Virus record (IMG/VR): IMGVR_UViG_3300037520_001276
Location: 1-64,000 of that record
DNA from: a virus
Reading direction: 5' to 3' (one strand)
Length of the DNA: 64,000 bases
The position numbers and the translations under genes are program-made. Shown piece by piece: positions 1 to 8,564 of the stretch (positions are counted from its first letter, which is position 1; the number at the start of each line of letters is the position of its first letter). The notes under the pieces were generated by a model. It searched no databases, was not told the DNA's origin, and saw only the letters and a program-made list of their open reading frames with translations.

Positions 1-35
1 GAGATCTTCTGTTTGTCATACTTGTCACTTTCCAT
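1..35 (-). CDS. 5' end of a hypothetical protein running off the window (MESDKYDKQKI...)
   Basis: ATG at 35-33 after an A-rich leader; frame open to the window edge. Confidence 0.35.
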   Translation of the reverse strand, partial: MESDKYDKQKI

Positions 36-67
36 AACACTTGTTTTTATTTGTTTATTTTATTTAG

Positions 68-141
68 TCTAAGTGAGAGGGCTCGAACCTCCGGCCTGAG
101 AGTCCCAAACTCCCCGCTCTACCAAACTGAGCTACACCTAG
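68..141 (-). tRNA. tRNA-Pro(TGG)
   Basis: Cloverleaf CTAGGTG/CACTTAG, D-arm GCTC..GAGC, anticodon loop TT-TGG-GA, T-loop TTCGAGC. Confidence 0.95.
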
Positions 142-151
142 TTATTTTTTT

Positions 152-240
152 TGGAGGAAGCCTGAGGTGTCGATCCCCATACGTGTTTCAGTACCACTAG
201 TTTTCAAGACTATGTTTAGCGCCGGCTAAATTAGACTTCC
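152..240 (-). tRNA. tRNA-Ser(TGA), atypical; can fold 8/4 with a 6-bp D-stem; CCA encoded
   Basis: GGAAGTCT/AGGCTTCC acceptor, TTTAGC-CGGC-GCTAAA D-arm, loop CT-TGA-AA, long variable arm, T-loop ATCGACA, 3' TCCA. Confidence 0.85.
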
Positions 241-248
241 AATTATTG

Positions 249-319
249 TTGTTCCCCAAGGACTCGAACCTCGATTCCACGGACCAAAACCGCGTGTCCT
301 GCCATTAGACGAGGGAACA
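249..319 (-). tRNA. tRNA-Gln(TTG)
   Basis: TGTTCCC/GGGAACA acceptor, CGCGG-TTTTGGT-CCGTG anticodon arm, TTCGAGT T-loop. Confidence 0.95.
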
Positions 320-332
320 TTATAAGGCCAAT

Positions 333-344
333 ATGTCAAAGAAC
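333..344 (-). promoter_or_regulatory. boxA-like antitermination element inside the tRNA operon
   Basis: GTTCTTTGACAT between tRNA-Thr and tRNA-Gln; resembles rrn boxA (GCTCTTTAACA). Confidence 0.55.
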
Positions 345-355
345 TTTTTCTTTTG

Positions 356-428
356 AGGTTTCTATCGGGTTCGAACCGATGACTCCGGGTTACAAAGCCG
401 GGATATTACCAAACTATACTAAGAAACC
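356..428 (-). tRNA. tRNA-Thr(TGT)
   Basis: GGTTTCT/AGAAACC acceptor, loop TT-TGT-AA, TTCGAAC T-loop; C-C mismatch at the base of the anticodon loop. Confidence 0.9.
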
Positions 429-438
429 AATATAAAAC

Positions 439-471
439 AAAAAACCCGAGATTTTTTACGTCTCGGGTTTT
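439..471 (-). terminator. Intrinsic terminator (candidate attenuator) just upstream of the tRNA cluster
   Basis: AAAACCCGAGA-CGTAAAAAA-TCTCGGGTTTT followed by TTGTTTT. Confidence 0.85.
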
Positions 472-501
472 ACATTTCTTTTATTTATTTGTTAAACGTT
501 T

Positions 502-609
502 TTAACTCATAAGTGAAAATACCCTCGACGGTTTAGGCGTAATATAACTAAACGACCACTGATTGTTCGGTTTGTTACAAAGGACCATATGTCTAAGGTT
601 TGTTTTCAT
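502..609 (-). CDS. 35-aa putative leader peptide MKTNLRHMVLCNKPNNQWSFSYITPKPSRVFSLMS
   Basis: Translated by hand; ATG behind two promoter motifs, TAA about 30 nt before the terminator. Confidence 0.6.
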   Translation of the reverse strand: MKTNLRHMVLCNKPNNQWSFSYITPKPSRVFSLMS

Positions 610-616
610 TTTTTGT

Positions 617-624
617 TATAAATA
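617..624 (-). promoter_or_regulatory. Phage TATTTATA motif (putative late promoter)
   Basis: Same motif recurs just upstream of many starts in the window. Confidence 0.6.
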
Positions 625-657
625 TATCGTTATTTCTAAAAGTTTTAATTTACTCTA

Positions 658-688
658 CAAAGATAGGTATTTTTTTCTAATAAACAAG
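658..688 (-). promoter_or_regulatory. Bacteroidetes-type housekeeping promoter (-33 CTTG / -7 TATCTTTG)
   Basis: TATCTTTG at 665-658 matches TAnnTTTG; CTTG 19 nt upstream. Confidence 0.65.
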
Positions 689-693
689 TGTTT

Positions 694-915
694 TTATTTA
701 TTTTTTTTTCTATAAATTTTGGCACTTATACTTTGTTGCCATGTTTTTAGTTGTCTATGTATTTGTTCAAGAGACATACCCTTATCTTCAAAGTCATTTA
801 ATAGTTTTCTCATTTCACTTTCAAAATCACCAGAAAGTTTTGATTCATCTTCATTAATTACTCTTTTAACAATTCTTGTAAGGTCTGATTCTGTTAATCT
901 AACTATTCTTTTCAT
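694..915 (-). CDS. Small protein with shared leader [22 protein letters not shown]
   Basis: ORF track; leader near-identical to 922..1359 and 6759..7547. Confidence 0.85.
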   Translation of the reverse strand: MKRIVRLTESDLTRIVKRVINEDESKLSGDFESEMRKLLNDFEDKGMSLEQIHRQLKTWQQSISAKIYRKKNK

Positions 916-921
916 AATTTT

Positions 922-1359
922 TTATCTTTTAATGTGTGATGGTCTATATTCTTCAGGAAACCCACCATCTTTTTTCTTATCTCTTCTTTTTAAAAAGGAA
1001 ATAACATGATCAATTCCTGATTCAAGTGTGTCTTCAAAAACTCCACTATGTCTTTGAGTGGTTTTAAGTAATACTCTATCTTTTTCATTTTTGGCACTTC
1101 TTGGTTGAACTATACATTGACCTTTATCGTTAACCGTTACTTGTAAGTCTTCCTCATCGTCTCTTTTTATTGTAATAAAATCTAAATTGATTCCTGATAA
1201 TTTTGAATTATGTCCGGCTTTACTTAATTCTCTTTCCAATTTTCTAAGAGGATTTTTTGGCATGTCTTTACTGTGTGACATTTTTGATTTATCCTCTTGG
1301 ATAACTCGTTTAACAATCCTTGTTAAATCTGATTCTGTTAATCTTATTATTTTTTTCAT
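922..1359 (-). CDS. Hypothetical protein with shared leader [22 protein letters not shown]
   Basis: ORF track; TATTTATA upstream. Confidence 0.85.
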   Translation of the reverse strand: MKKIIRLTESDLTRIVKRVIQEDKSKMSHSKDMPKNPLRKLERELSKAGHNSKLSGINLDFITIKRDDEEDLQVTVNDKGQCIVQPRSAKNEKDRVLLKTTQRHSGVFEDTLESGIDHVISFLKRRDKKKDGGFPEEYRPSHIKR

Positions 1360-1394
1360 AGTCTATTTTATTATAAATATATCTTATTTTAAAA

Positions 1395-3749
1395 TTAGCC
1401 CTTTTGGTTGTTGGAGTCTTCGGCACCTGTAGTTGTTGATATTGTCTCTCCTGCGGCTTTCTTTTTAATGTCTCCGTATGTCGGTAAACCAGCCATTTGA
1501 ACCACTTTTGCCTCTGTCTTTTTAACCGCAGTGGTTATTAAATTTTTAGATACCTCACTCACCGCCTGTTTTTCTAAATATTGACCAACTTTTGTGGAAA
1601 TGTAAGTATCATAAGCTATGACATTTTTTAATGCGTTAAATTCTGTTAATGTCATGGGGGTACCTCTTACTAGTTTTATTTTTATAATTCTAGCTAAATC
1701 TGTACTCATTTTACCTAAACCTGGTATTTTACCTATAAAAGGTAAACATGCAAAAAGTAATTCAACCGCCGCCGCTTTATGATTACCTTTTCTGTATTGT
1801 GCGGCTGCACTTCCAAGACTGATACCCGCAGATATTACAGGACCAACAACAGGTATGAACGCCGACGCTAAAGCAAATACATTAATCACTAGTTGTTGAT
1901 TATCCGCGTTTGACCAATTTTTTGATGTTTGTGTTTTATTAATATTTTGTGAGATTGTTTGACCCATCCTATTTTGATAACCTCTACCATCATCAACAGA
2001 TATATTTAAATCAACAGCATTCATATCCCTACATCCACACGTATAGTTTGCAGTGTTAGCCCCACGTACCCATAAACCACCAAAATCCTTACATAGGGTA
2101 TACATACTTAAATAAGCATCAATAATTTTAGGGTCATTACCACCTCTTGCCACTCGTTTCTCCCTCCTTAATGGCATTGTACAATATTGTGGTATTAATT
2201 TTTTTTGTTGTACCAACGCATTATTAAACTCAATCATCTTTTTTTGATTGACAACATTTTGACTTTTTCTTATACCCGCAGCGGTGGTTGACATTGGGTC
2301 TAATTTTACTTGGTTTGTGGTCTTAAATCTGTCAAAATTAGCTTGCTCATAAATTCTATTTTCATTAATATTTGTAGTTGTTGTACATTCTTTACTATAT
2401 AAAGTTGGGTATGGGTAAATATTATTATTTAATTTCCAACCAAAATCTTCAGGAACTCTTGCCCTACCTCTCTTCATTCCAGCAAAAGTTTCAAACCATA
2501 AAAGTGGGTCTTTATTTGTATTCCAAAGATCATAAGGAACTTGACCCGCCTTATTTGTTTTACCACCTCCTGGGTTTTCTTCAGTAAACGTTAATTTACA
2601 TTGTGTTGAAAATTTTGTAACTTTAGGCCCTACATTATTATCAAGTAAATTCAAATAAGATACTTGTATTGCTTGTACGTGATATTTTGTAGAAACGTTC
2701 ATAAAAGACCTTACAAACTTATATGGGTCCGTTTTTAAAGCATTTGCAACTTTATTATACATATCCATATTTTTAATGGCCATAAATGCCGCTTCAGCCC
2801 AAGCTTCATTATCCTGAATTGTACCTCTTGATTCTTTTAATATTTTAGCAATAAATTCAGGTGTTGGGTTATTTTTTAATTCATCGTATGGATAATTTTT
2901 ACTTTTTGTTGGTGTTGTTGGTGTTGTTTTGGATTTATTATTCCATAGAGTTACTAATAAAAAAGGCATCATCATCATAACGTTAGGTTCATTAAGTGCC
3001 GGTCCCAAAGAAACTTTTTCACCATTATTTCGCTTTAACCATCCACCAGCAAGTTTACCATCCTTTTGCATAGATGGGTCCCATTTACCAATACTTTTCC
3101 AACTAGTCTTATCATATAATTTAACATCACCGTTTTGCCAAAACCCTAGTTGTACACCATTAGCATAATAATTTGTTAAAAAATACGCATCACCCTTATC
3201 TGATTTGACTAACTTTACATTACTAGGTTTATATTGATTTAATTTACTATATAAATCGGACCAAACGGCAGAAACTCCGGGCTTTGCTTTAATATCTTTG
3301 TTTAATTCATCTGTAATTTCTTTTTGACTTTTTTTGAACATTGAATAACCCATAGGGTAAGTATAAGTACTGAATCTGGCCGATAGCATTAACTTATTTA
3401 AATCCAATGTTCCCCTATATATACCATCTTTAAATTTAAAATGATAATATTTTTTATCGGATCCATAGAAATATATTGGATACCCACCATTTACTTTAAG
3501 ATCTTTTGATATAATCCAAGAACCCCAATACATGTAGCCAGATTTTGCTGGGTCGTTCGGGTATTCGTATTTTACAGGAAACCCATTTTTTTTAAGATTA
3601 TCATATAAAGCTTTCCAATACCCTATTGGGTCTTTTGGTTTTCCCGCAGGCGCTCTTTCCCATGTTTCGGGTAGAATAGTTCTTTTCTTTCTCTCCTCAG
3701 AAAGAACTAATTTCACTAATCTATCTATTTGGATTTCTTTTATAGTCAT
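1395..3749 (-). CDS. 784-aa putative virion/ejected protein with an annexin-like repeat and a C-terminal hydrophobic hairpin
   Basis: Long ORF; paralogue of 3751..6756; IAKILKESRGTIQDNEAWAEAAF and ASAFIPVVGPVISAGI segments. Confidence 0.75.
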   Translation of the reverse strand: MTIKEIQIDRLVKLVLSEERKKRTILPETWERAPAGKPKDPIGYWKALYDNLKKNGFPVKYEYPNDPAKSGYMYWGSWIISKDLKVNGGYPIYFYGSDKKYYHFKFKDGIYRGTLDLNKLMLSARFSTYTYPMGYSMFKKSQKEITDELNKDIKAKPGVSAVWSDLYSKLNQYKPSNVKLVKSDKGDAYFLTNYYANGVQLGFWQNGDVKLYDKTSWKSIGKWDPSMQKDGKLAGGWLKRNNGEKVSLGPALNEPNVMMMMPFLLVTLWNNKSKTTPTTPTKSKNYPYDELKNNPTPEFIAKILKESRGTIQDNEAWAEAAFMAIKNMDMYNKVANALKTDPYKFVRSFMNVSTKYHVQAIQVSYLNLLDNNVGPKVTKFSTQCKLTFTEENPGGGKTNKAGQVPYDLWNTNKDPLLWFETFAGMKRGRARVPEDFGWKLNNNIYPYPTLYSKECTTTTNINENRIYEQANFDRFKTTNQVKLDPMSTTAAGIRKSQNVVNQKKMIEFNNALVQQKKLIPQYCTMPLRREKRVARGGNDPKIIDAYLSMYTLCKDFGGLWVRGANTANYTCGCRDMNAVDLNISVDDGRGYQNRMGQTISQNINKTQTSKNWSNADNQQLVINVFALASAFIPVVGPVISAGISLGSAAAQYRKGNHKAAAVELLFACLPFIGKIPGLGKMSTDLARIIKIKLVRGTPMTLTEFNALKNVIAYDTYISTKVGQYLEKQAVSEVSKNLITTAVKKTEAKVVQMAGLPTYGDIKKKAAGETISTTTGAEDSNNQKG
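3281..3720. repeat. Copy 1 of an ~440-bp duplicated 5' region (copy 2 at about 6281..6720)
   Basis: Long exact nucleotide runs shared; both encode PETWERAPAGKPKDPIGYWKALYDNLKK...KDIKAKPG. Confidence 0.9.
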
Positions 3750-3750
3750 A

Positions 3751-6700
3751 TTACGAGGATCTTACTTCTTGATTTGATTTATCGACTTCAGCAGCAACCG
3801 CCTTTGTTATATTTTCTTTAGCTTTTTGAGCCTGTACTGGATCAAGTTTTTCTGAACCAACTGATGCAAAGTACTGTGCACCTTGCATAGATGCCCTAGC
3901 GGCCATTATCTTTTGTTTAAGAGCCGGAGCAGTTGCTGACGTTATTTTAGTCTTTGCTAACATTGAGATTTGTTTGGCATTTCCCATACCTCCTAAAAAT
4001 GCTGTCGCTATAGCCTTTTCTGAATTTATTATTGTAAAAAATCCCCTAATTTCGGCCGCAGTAAAAGTACCATTTTTAATCAATTTAGCCCCTATTGACT
4101 TAATTAGGTTAGTTTCAAGTTTTAAAACACCAAGTCCAGGTAATACTGAAAAAAATAACGAGATCCCCGCCTGTACTGGATCTCCTTGAACTACACTTAA
4201 AGTTGCGTCCGCTATACCACCAATTACTCCTATTAAAGGTGCTGCTGCCGGAAAAAATAAAGACCCAATAATTGCTCCCCATTGGACTGCTTGTTTTGTA
4301 ATTTCTACCCATGTTGTTGGGTCGGACCAATCTCTTGAAGTTTGTTGGTCTTGAATGTCGGAACCTATGTTTAAAAAGGTACCATACACATCCGTAGCAT
4401 CTGCAGGAGCTTTTTTTCCGTTTGTTCCTGTGTCAAGTTGTATTTTTCCAAATATAGGTGACTTTAAATCTCTACACGTACAAGTATACTTATTTGTGAG
4501 TCCACCACTAACCCATAATCCTCCATAGTCTTTACAAATAAATGACATTGATAATTTTTTTGAAGACATTACTTTGCTTGTTCTTTGATATGAAATGTTT
4601 CCTCCTTGTCCACCAACGGGGTGTTGGTATTCTAAAGTCTCATTAACTTCTAAAGGTGTTGTACAATATTGTGGTATTAATTGTTTTTGTCTTGCCAATT
4701 CCCCATTCCAGTCTTGCATTGTTTTAATTGGTTTGAAATCGGCCTCCTCTTTTTGTTTTTGAGCATTCAATCGATCCTCATCTTTTTGTTTTTCTTGTCT
4801 ATTATATGTATCCACGTCTCGATCTGCTTGGATTTTTCCGTCCATACCAATTTCATTAATTTGATTTGATTTTAATTTAAACTTGTATTTTTTAACAATG
4901 TCTTCAATTATTTGTTGTTTTGGTGATAGTTTTACAAATCTGGACTCAACGTTTAATTTTCCGATAGATTTTTTTGCGCTATTAACCCAATCCATTGGAT
5001 ATGCTAAAGGGAACGGATAAATTTTAGGATTTAAGTCCCACCCAAAGTTTTTAATAATTGTTGCCTTTTCTCCTTTTATGTAAGGATCTGTAAAATTTTT
5101 ACCTTGTGTTAATTCAAAAACAACGGTATTGGTATTTTTATTCAAAAACTTAGGTCCTGTACCACCAGGATTATCAACTCTAAAAGTCAATTTACTATTC
5201 AAGTTTTTCATGAAATCTTTAGAGTTTGGATCTAATCCTGTCATTTTTGGTGCAAAAATGTTTTCGTATGATGCTCGAATTGAAGGTACTTTATCTGATA
5301 ATGGTTTTTCTATTTGTTTAGTTGACAAAAAGGTTTGAACAAATTTAAATGGGTCTTGTTTCATTATCGCAGCCATTTGGTCATATCTTTGTTTGTTATT
5401 AATTCTAGAAAAAACTCTAGCAACTAAATTTTCACTGTCTCCATACCATCTTGTTGCATTTAAAATTATATCCGCTAAAAAATCTACAGCTGGACTTACT
5501 TGTGTTTCTAATATGTTTAAAGCCTGTGGTTCTGTATATTTTCTTACTGCGGTTTGTTTGTTTGCATAATTAAACTTGTCCTCAATTGCGGTTGCCTTTT
5601 TATCTACCATATTAATAACACCACCAACAGTTACACCATATACTTTTGCAATAGTACTTGCTGGTGGTACAGAATATCCTAAACTATTTAATCTTTTTGC
5701 AATAACATCCCATTCTGTTGGGTCCCAATCACTCATTTCAAGTTTAAACCATTGTTCAACGTTTTTAATCTCAGGAAATCCACCTGCTGCGATTTTTGCG
5801 TTTAATTTATCTAAAATACCTTTGTTTTTAATTTTATTGATTGCATTCATTGCCAATGTTTCATTGGTCCTATCATAATCAGTCCAATCGCCATCATTAT
5901 CATAATCAAACGCCTTTTTCAAATCTGTAAAAATTTGTTGTGCCAATTTTTCATCTTCAACATCACCAGCAATAAGTTGATTGTATGGGTAGCTCATAAC
6001 TTGCCCTATATCTAAAGTTTGACCATTTAAATTTTTAACTATTGGTTTACCGGATTTAGTGTCCCAAGACCAAGTACCCTTTTTTTCCATTACATTTGGT
6101 TTGACGGTAAACCATATTTCTGAATTCTTTTTAAATTGTAATTGTTTGTTTTCTTGAGTTGTTTTACCTTTATAATTCATAACCAATTTATCTCCACCGG
6201 ATTTGAAATATTGTACGGATGCTGGTTTGTTTTTTTCTAAAAATGGACCTAAAAGAGTATCAAAAGCATTTGAAGCTCCGGGTTTTGCTTTAATGTCTTT
6301 GTTTAATTCATCAGTAATTTCTTTTTGACTTTTTTTGAACATTGAAAGATTCATAGGGTAACTATAAGTACTGAATCTGGCAGATAGTAATAATTTACTT
6401 AAATCCGATGTTCCCCTATATATACCATCTTTAAATTTAAAATGGTAATATTTTTTATCGGATCCATAGAAATATATTGGATATCCGTTATTTATTTTCA
6501 GATCTTTTGATATAACCCAAGAACCCCACCACATGAAACCAGATTTTGCTGGATTATTTGCGTATTGGTATTGTACAGGTATCCCTCCTTTTTTAAGATT
6601 ATCGTATAAAGCTTTCCAATACCCTATCGGGTCTTTTGGTTTTCCCGCAGGCGCTCTTTCCCATGTTTCAGGTATAATAATTCTTTTCTTTCTCTCCTCA

Positions 6701-6756
6701 GAAAGTGTTAATTTTACTAAATCGTCTATTTGACTTTCGTTTAATTCTATTTTCAT
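3751..6756 (-). CDS. 1001-aa putative virion/ejected protein with two annexin-like repeats and a C-terminal hydrophobic hairpin
   Basis: Long ORF; paralogue of 1395..3749. Confidence 0.75.
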   Translation of the reverse strand: MKIELNESQIDDLVKLTLSEERKKRIIIPETWERAPAGKPKDPIGYWKALYDNLKKGGIPVQYQYANNPAKSGFMWWGSWVISKDLKINNGYPIYFYGSDKKYYHFKFKDGIYRGTSDLSKLLLSARFSTYSYPMNLSMFKKSQKEITDELNKDIKAKPGASNAFDTLLGPFLEKNKPASVQYFKSGGDKLVMNYKGKTTQENKQLQFKKNSEIWFTVKPNVMEKKGTWSWDTKSGKPIVKNLNGQTLDIGQVMSYPYNQLIAGDVEDEKLAQQIFTDLKKAFDYDNDGDWTDYDRTNETLAMNAINKIKNKGILDKLNAKIAAGGFPEIKNVEQWFKLEMSDWDPTEWDVIAKRLNSLGYSVPPASTIAKVYGVTVGGVINMVDKKATAIEDKFNYANKQTAVRKYTEPQALNILETQVSPAVDFLADIILNATRWYGDSENLVARVFSRINNKQRYDQMAAIMKQDPFKFVQTFLSTKQIEKPLSDKVPSIRASYENIFAPKMTGLDPNSKDFMKNLNSKLTFRVDNPGGTGPKFLNKNTNTVVFELTQGKNFTDPYIKGEKATIIKNFGWDLNPKIYPFPLAYPMDWVNSAKKSIGKLNVESRFVKLSPKQQIIEDIVKKYKFKLKSNQINEIGMDGKIQADRDVDTYNRQEKQKDEDRLNAQKQKEEADFKPIKTMQDWNGELARQKQLIPQYCTTPLEVNETLEYQHPVGGQGGNISYQRTSKVMSSKKLSMSFICKDYGGLWVSGGLTNKYTCTCRDLKSPIFGKIQLDTGTNGKKAPADATDVYGTFLNIGSDIQDQQTSRDWSDPTTWVEITKQAVQWGAIIGSLFFPAAAPLIGVIGGIADATLSVVQGDPVQAGISLFFSVLPGLGVLKLETNLIKSIGAKLIKNGTFTAAEIRGFFTIINSEKAIATAFLGGMGNAKQISMLAKTKITSATAPALKQKIMAARASMQGAQYFASVGSEKLDPVQAQKAKENITKAVAAEVDKSNQEVRSS

Positions 6757-6758
6757 TT

Positions 6759-7547
6759 TTATACAAATTCTTCATCATCAAAATCATCATCATCAAAATC
6801 ATCGTCATCGTGTCTCCACCCTCTTTCATCACCAATGTCCCCTAAAAGATCTTCCCAACTATCAAACGATTCTTCATCACTTCCCATTAATTCCGTACCT
6901 TCAAAGTCTCTCATTCCTGGTCTTAAAGCCCTTTTGTAATCATCTTTTTTAATTGTTCTAAATTCTCTCGGATCATAGTCTTTGAATTTTTTTTTGGTAA
7001 TAAAATCATCAAACCCCTCATCTAGTTCTTCATCTCTTCCTTTTGTTTTTGCAAATGCTCTCTTTAAATCATTTACTGAGTGCCCGCCAATTGAGTCGTA
7101 TGGTTCATCTAAATCCGCAAAACCTTCTTTATTAAGTAATTCTTCAATTTCTTCGGCTAATTCGTCATTTCCTTCATCATATAGTGCCTCAACTATATCG
7201 TATTCACTCATTAGATTTAAATCATGTAAATCATATCCACATTCATCTTCCAATATTTGTCTTGCAACTTGGATTAAATCTTGTAGTTCTTCTTCACCTC
7301 TATCAGTTTCGCCCCACTCTTCATCTTCTTCCTCATCGTCAAAAAATCTACCTCTCATGGTTATATCATCTTCGTCATCTAATCCATCATACATGGTATT
7401 ATCTAAATCACTGAAATCACCATCTTCATCGTCACCATAATATGGATCATACATACTTCTATCTTTGTAATCATCACTCATCTCGTTGATGGTTCTTTTA
7501 ACAATTCTTGTTAAATCTGATTCTGTTAGTCTTATAATTTTTTTCAT
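6759..7547 (-). CDS. Hyper-acidic protein with shared leader
   Basis: [22 protein letters not shown] then D/E-rich body ending [16 protein letters not shown]. Confidence 0.85.
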   Translation of the reverse strand: MKKIIRLTESDLTRIVKRTINEMSDDYKDRSMYDPYYGDDEDGDFSDLDNTMYDGLDDEDDITMRGRFFDDEEEDEEWGETDRGEEELQDLIQVARQILEDECGYDLHDLNLMSEYDIVEALYDEGNDELAEEIEELLNKEGFADLDEPYDSIGGHSVNDLKRAFAKTKGRDEELDEGFDDFITKKKFKDYDPREFRTIKKDDYKRALRPGMRDFEGTELMGSDEESFDSWEDLLGDIGDERGWRHDDDDFDDDDFDDEEFV

Positions 7548-7577
7548 TATTTTTTTATTTATAAATAGTTTCTTATT

Positions 7578-8537
7578 TTAAAACTTTATCTCGTATCGAT
7601 AATTTTCTAATTTATATGCATCAATTATTTCAACAAAGTCGTCATCTAATCCAACCCTTTCTTGTCTTTCTTCTTTTGTTATATCATCATCTGGAAAATA
7701 TCTTTTATTTACAGTAAAAGAAAATGGTACTTTTTCATCATCACCATCTATTTCTTCAAAGTCACTTAATAACATTTCCCGCCCTTCAAATTCAGATAAT
7801 TTATTTCCAAGTGTTATATACGTTACTCTTGTGATATTATACTTGTATGTACCACTATCTTCTTCACCATAACCATCACAATATCCACAAGTGTGTGATC
7901 CATAACCTCCGCAATCTTCACAACTTTTGTGACCACTTCCCTCACACTCTGAACATTCATAATCACCTTGTCCTCCACAATTTCTACAATCTTCAGTTCC
8001 AGAACCTCCACAACCACCACAATCTACTTCAACTTCTACTTCATCACCTTCATCATCTTCTTCTGTGTCAGTTTCAGTTCCTTTACCATCACAATGCCTA
8101 CATTCTTCAGTTCCTTCACCATAACATTCATTACATTCAATTTTTCCATCACCATCACAATATTTACAATCTTCATTTCCTGTACCATAACATCTACTAC
8201 ATTCTTCATCACCAGAACCTTCACAATAACTACATTCTTGTTTTATTTCTTCTGTATTGTCATAAAAATCAATAACGTATAAAAAAAGACGTGAAGATAA
8301 ACCAATAATAGTTTCTTTTTTATATCTACCTGTAATAATAAGATAGGACATAAAAACAAGTTTAACTTTGTCTGCAGGTGTTGATACTCTTGAAAGTAAG
8401 AGTTCAGCGAAGTGACTTGTTTTACAAACTTTAAGTATTTTACTAAAACCAATAAAACCGTTTTCTCCGTATTCGTCTTTTGCAACTTCTGCTAAAGAAT
8501 AAGATATTCCATATAGTTGTTCATCATTTAATGCCAT
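7578..8537 (-). CDS. Protein with 10 DnaJ-type CxxCxGxG zinc-finger repeats
   Basis: CSYCEGSG...CGYCDGYG; start moved to MALNDEQ, 4 nt after TATTTATT. Confidence 0.85.
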   Translation of the reverse strand: MALNDEQLYGISYSLAEVAKDEYGENGFIGFSKILKVCKTSHFAELLLSRVSTPADKVKLVFMSYLIITGRYKKETIIGLSSRLFLYVIDFYDNTEEIKQECSYCEGSGDEECSRCYGTGNEDCKYCDGDGKIECNECYGEGTEECRHCDGKGTETDTEEDDEGDEVEVEVDCGGCGGSGTEDCRNCGGQGDYECSECEGSGHKSCEDCGGYGSHTCGYCDGYGEEDSGTYKYNITRVTYITLGNKLSEFEGREMLLSDFEEIDGDDEKVPFSFTVNKRYFPDDDITKEERQERVGLDDDFVEIIDAYKLENYRYEIKF

Positions 8538-8564
8538 ATAGAATAAATACAATGGATTTTAAAA

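Noticed and set aside
152-240. tRNA-Sec or opal suppressor
   Set aside because: Shape is Sec-like but the anticodon is TGA (reads UCA, Ser), not TCA; no sel genes seen in the window
719-8485. Plus-strand and nested alternative-frame ORFs (e.g. 719..1009, 6982..7440, 7847..8275, 7968..8282)
   Set aside because: Shadows of longer minus-strand genes; composition reflects the antisense of repetitive codons
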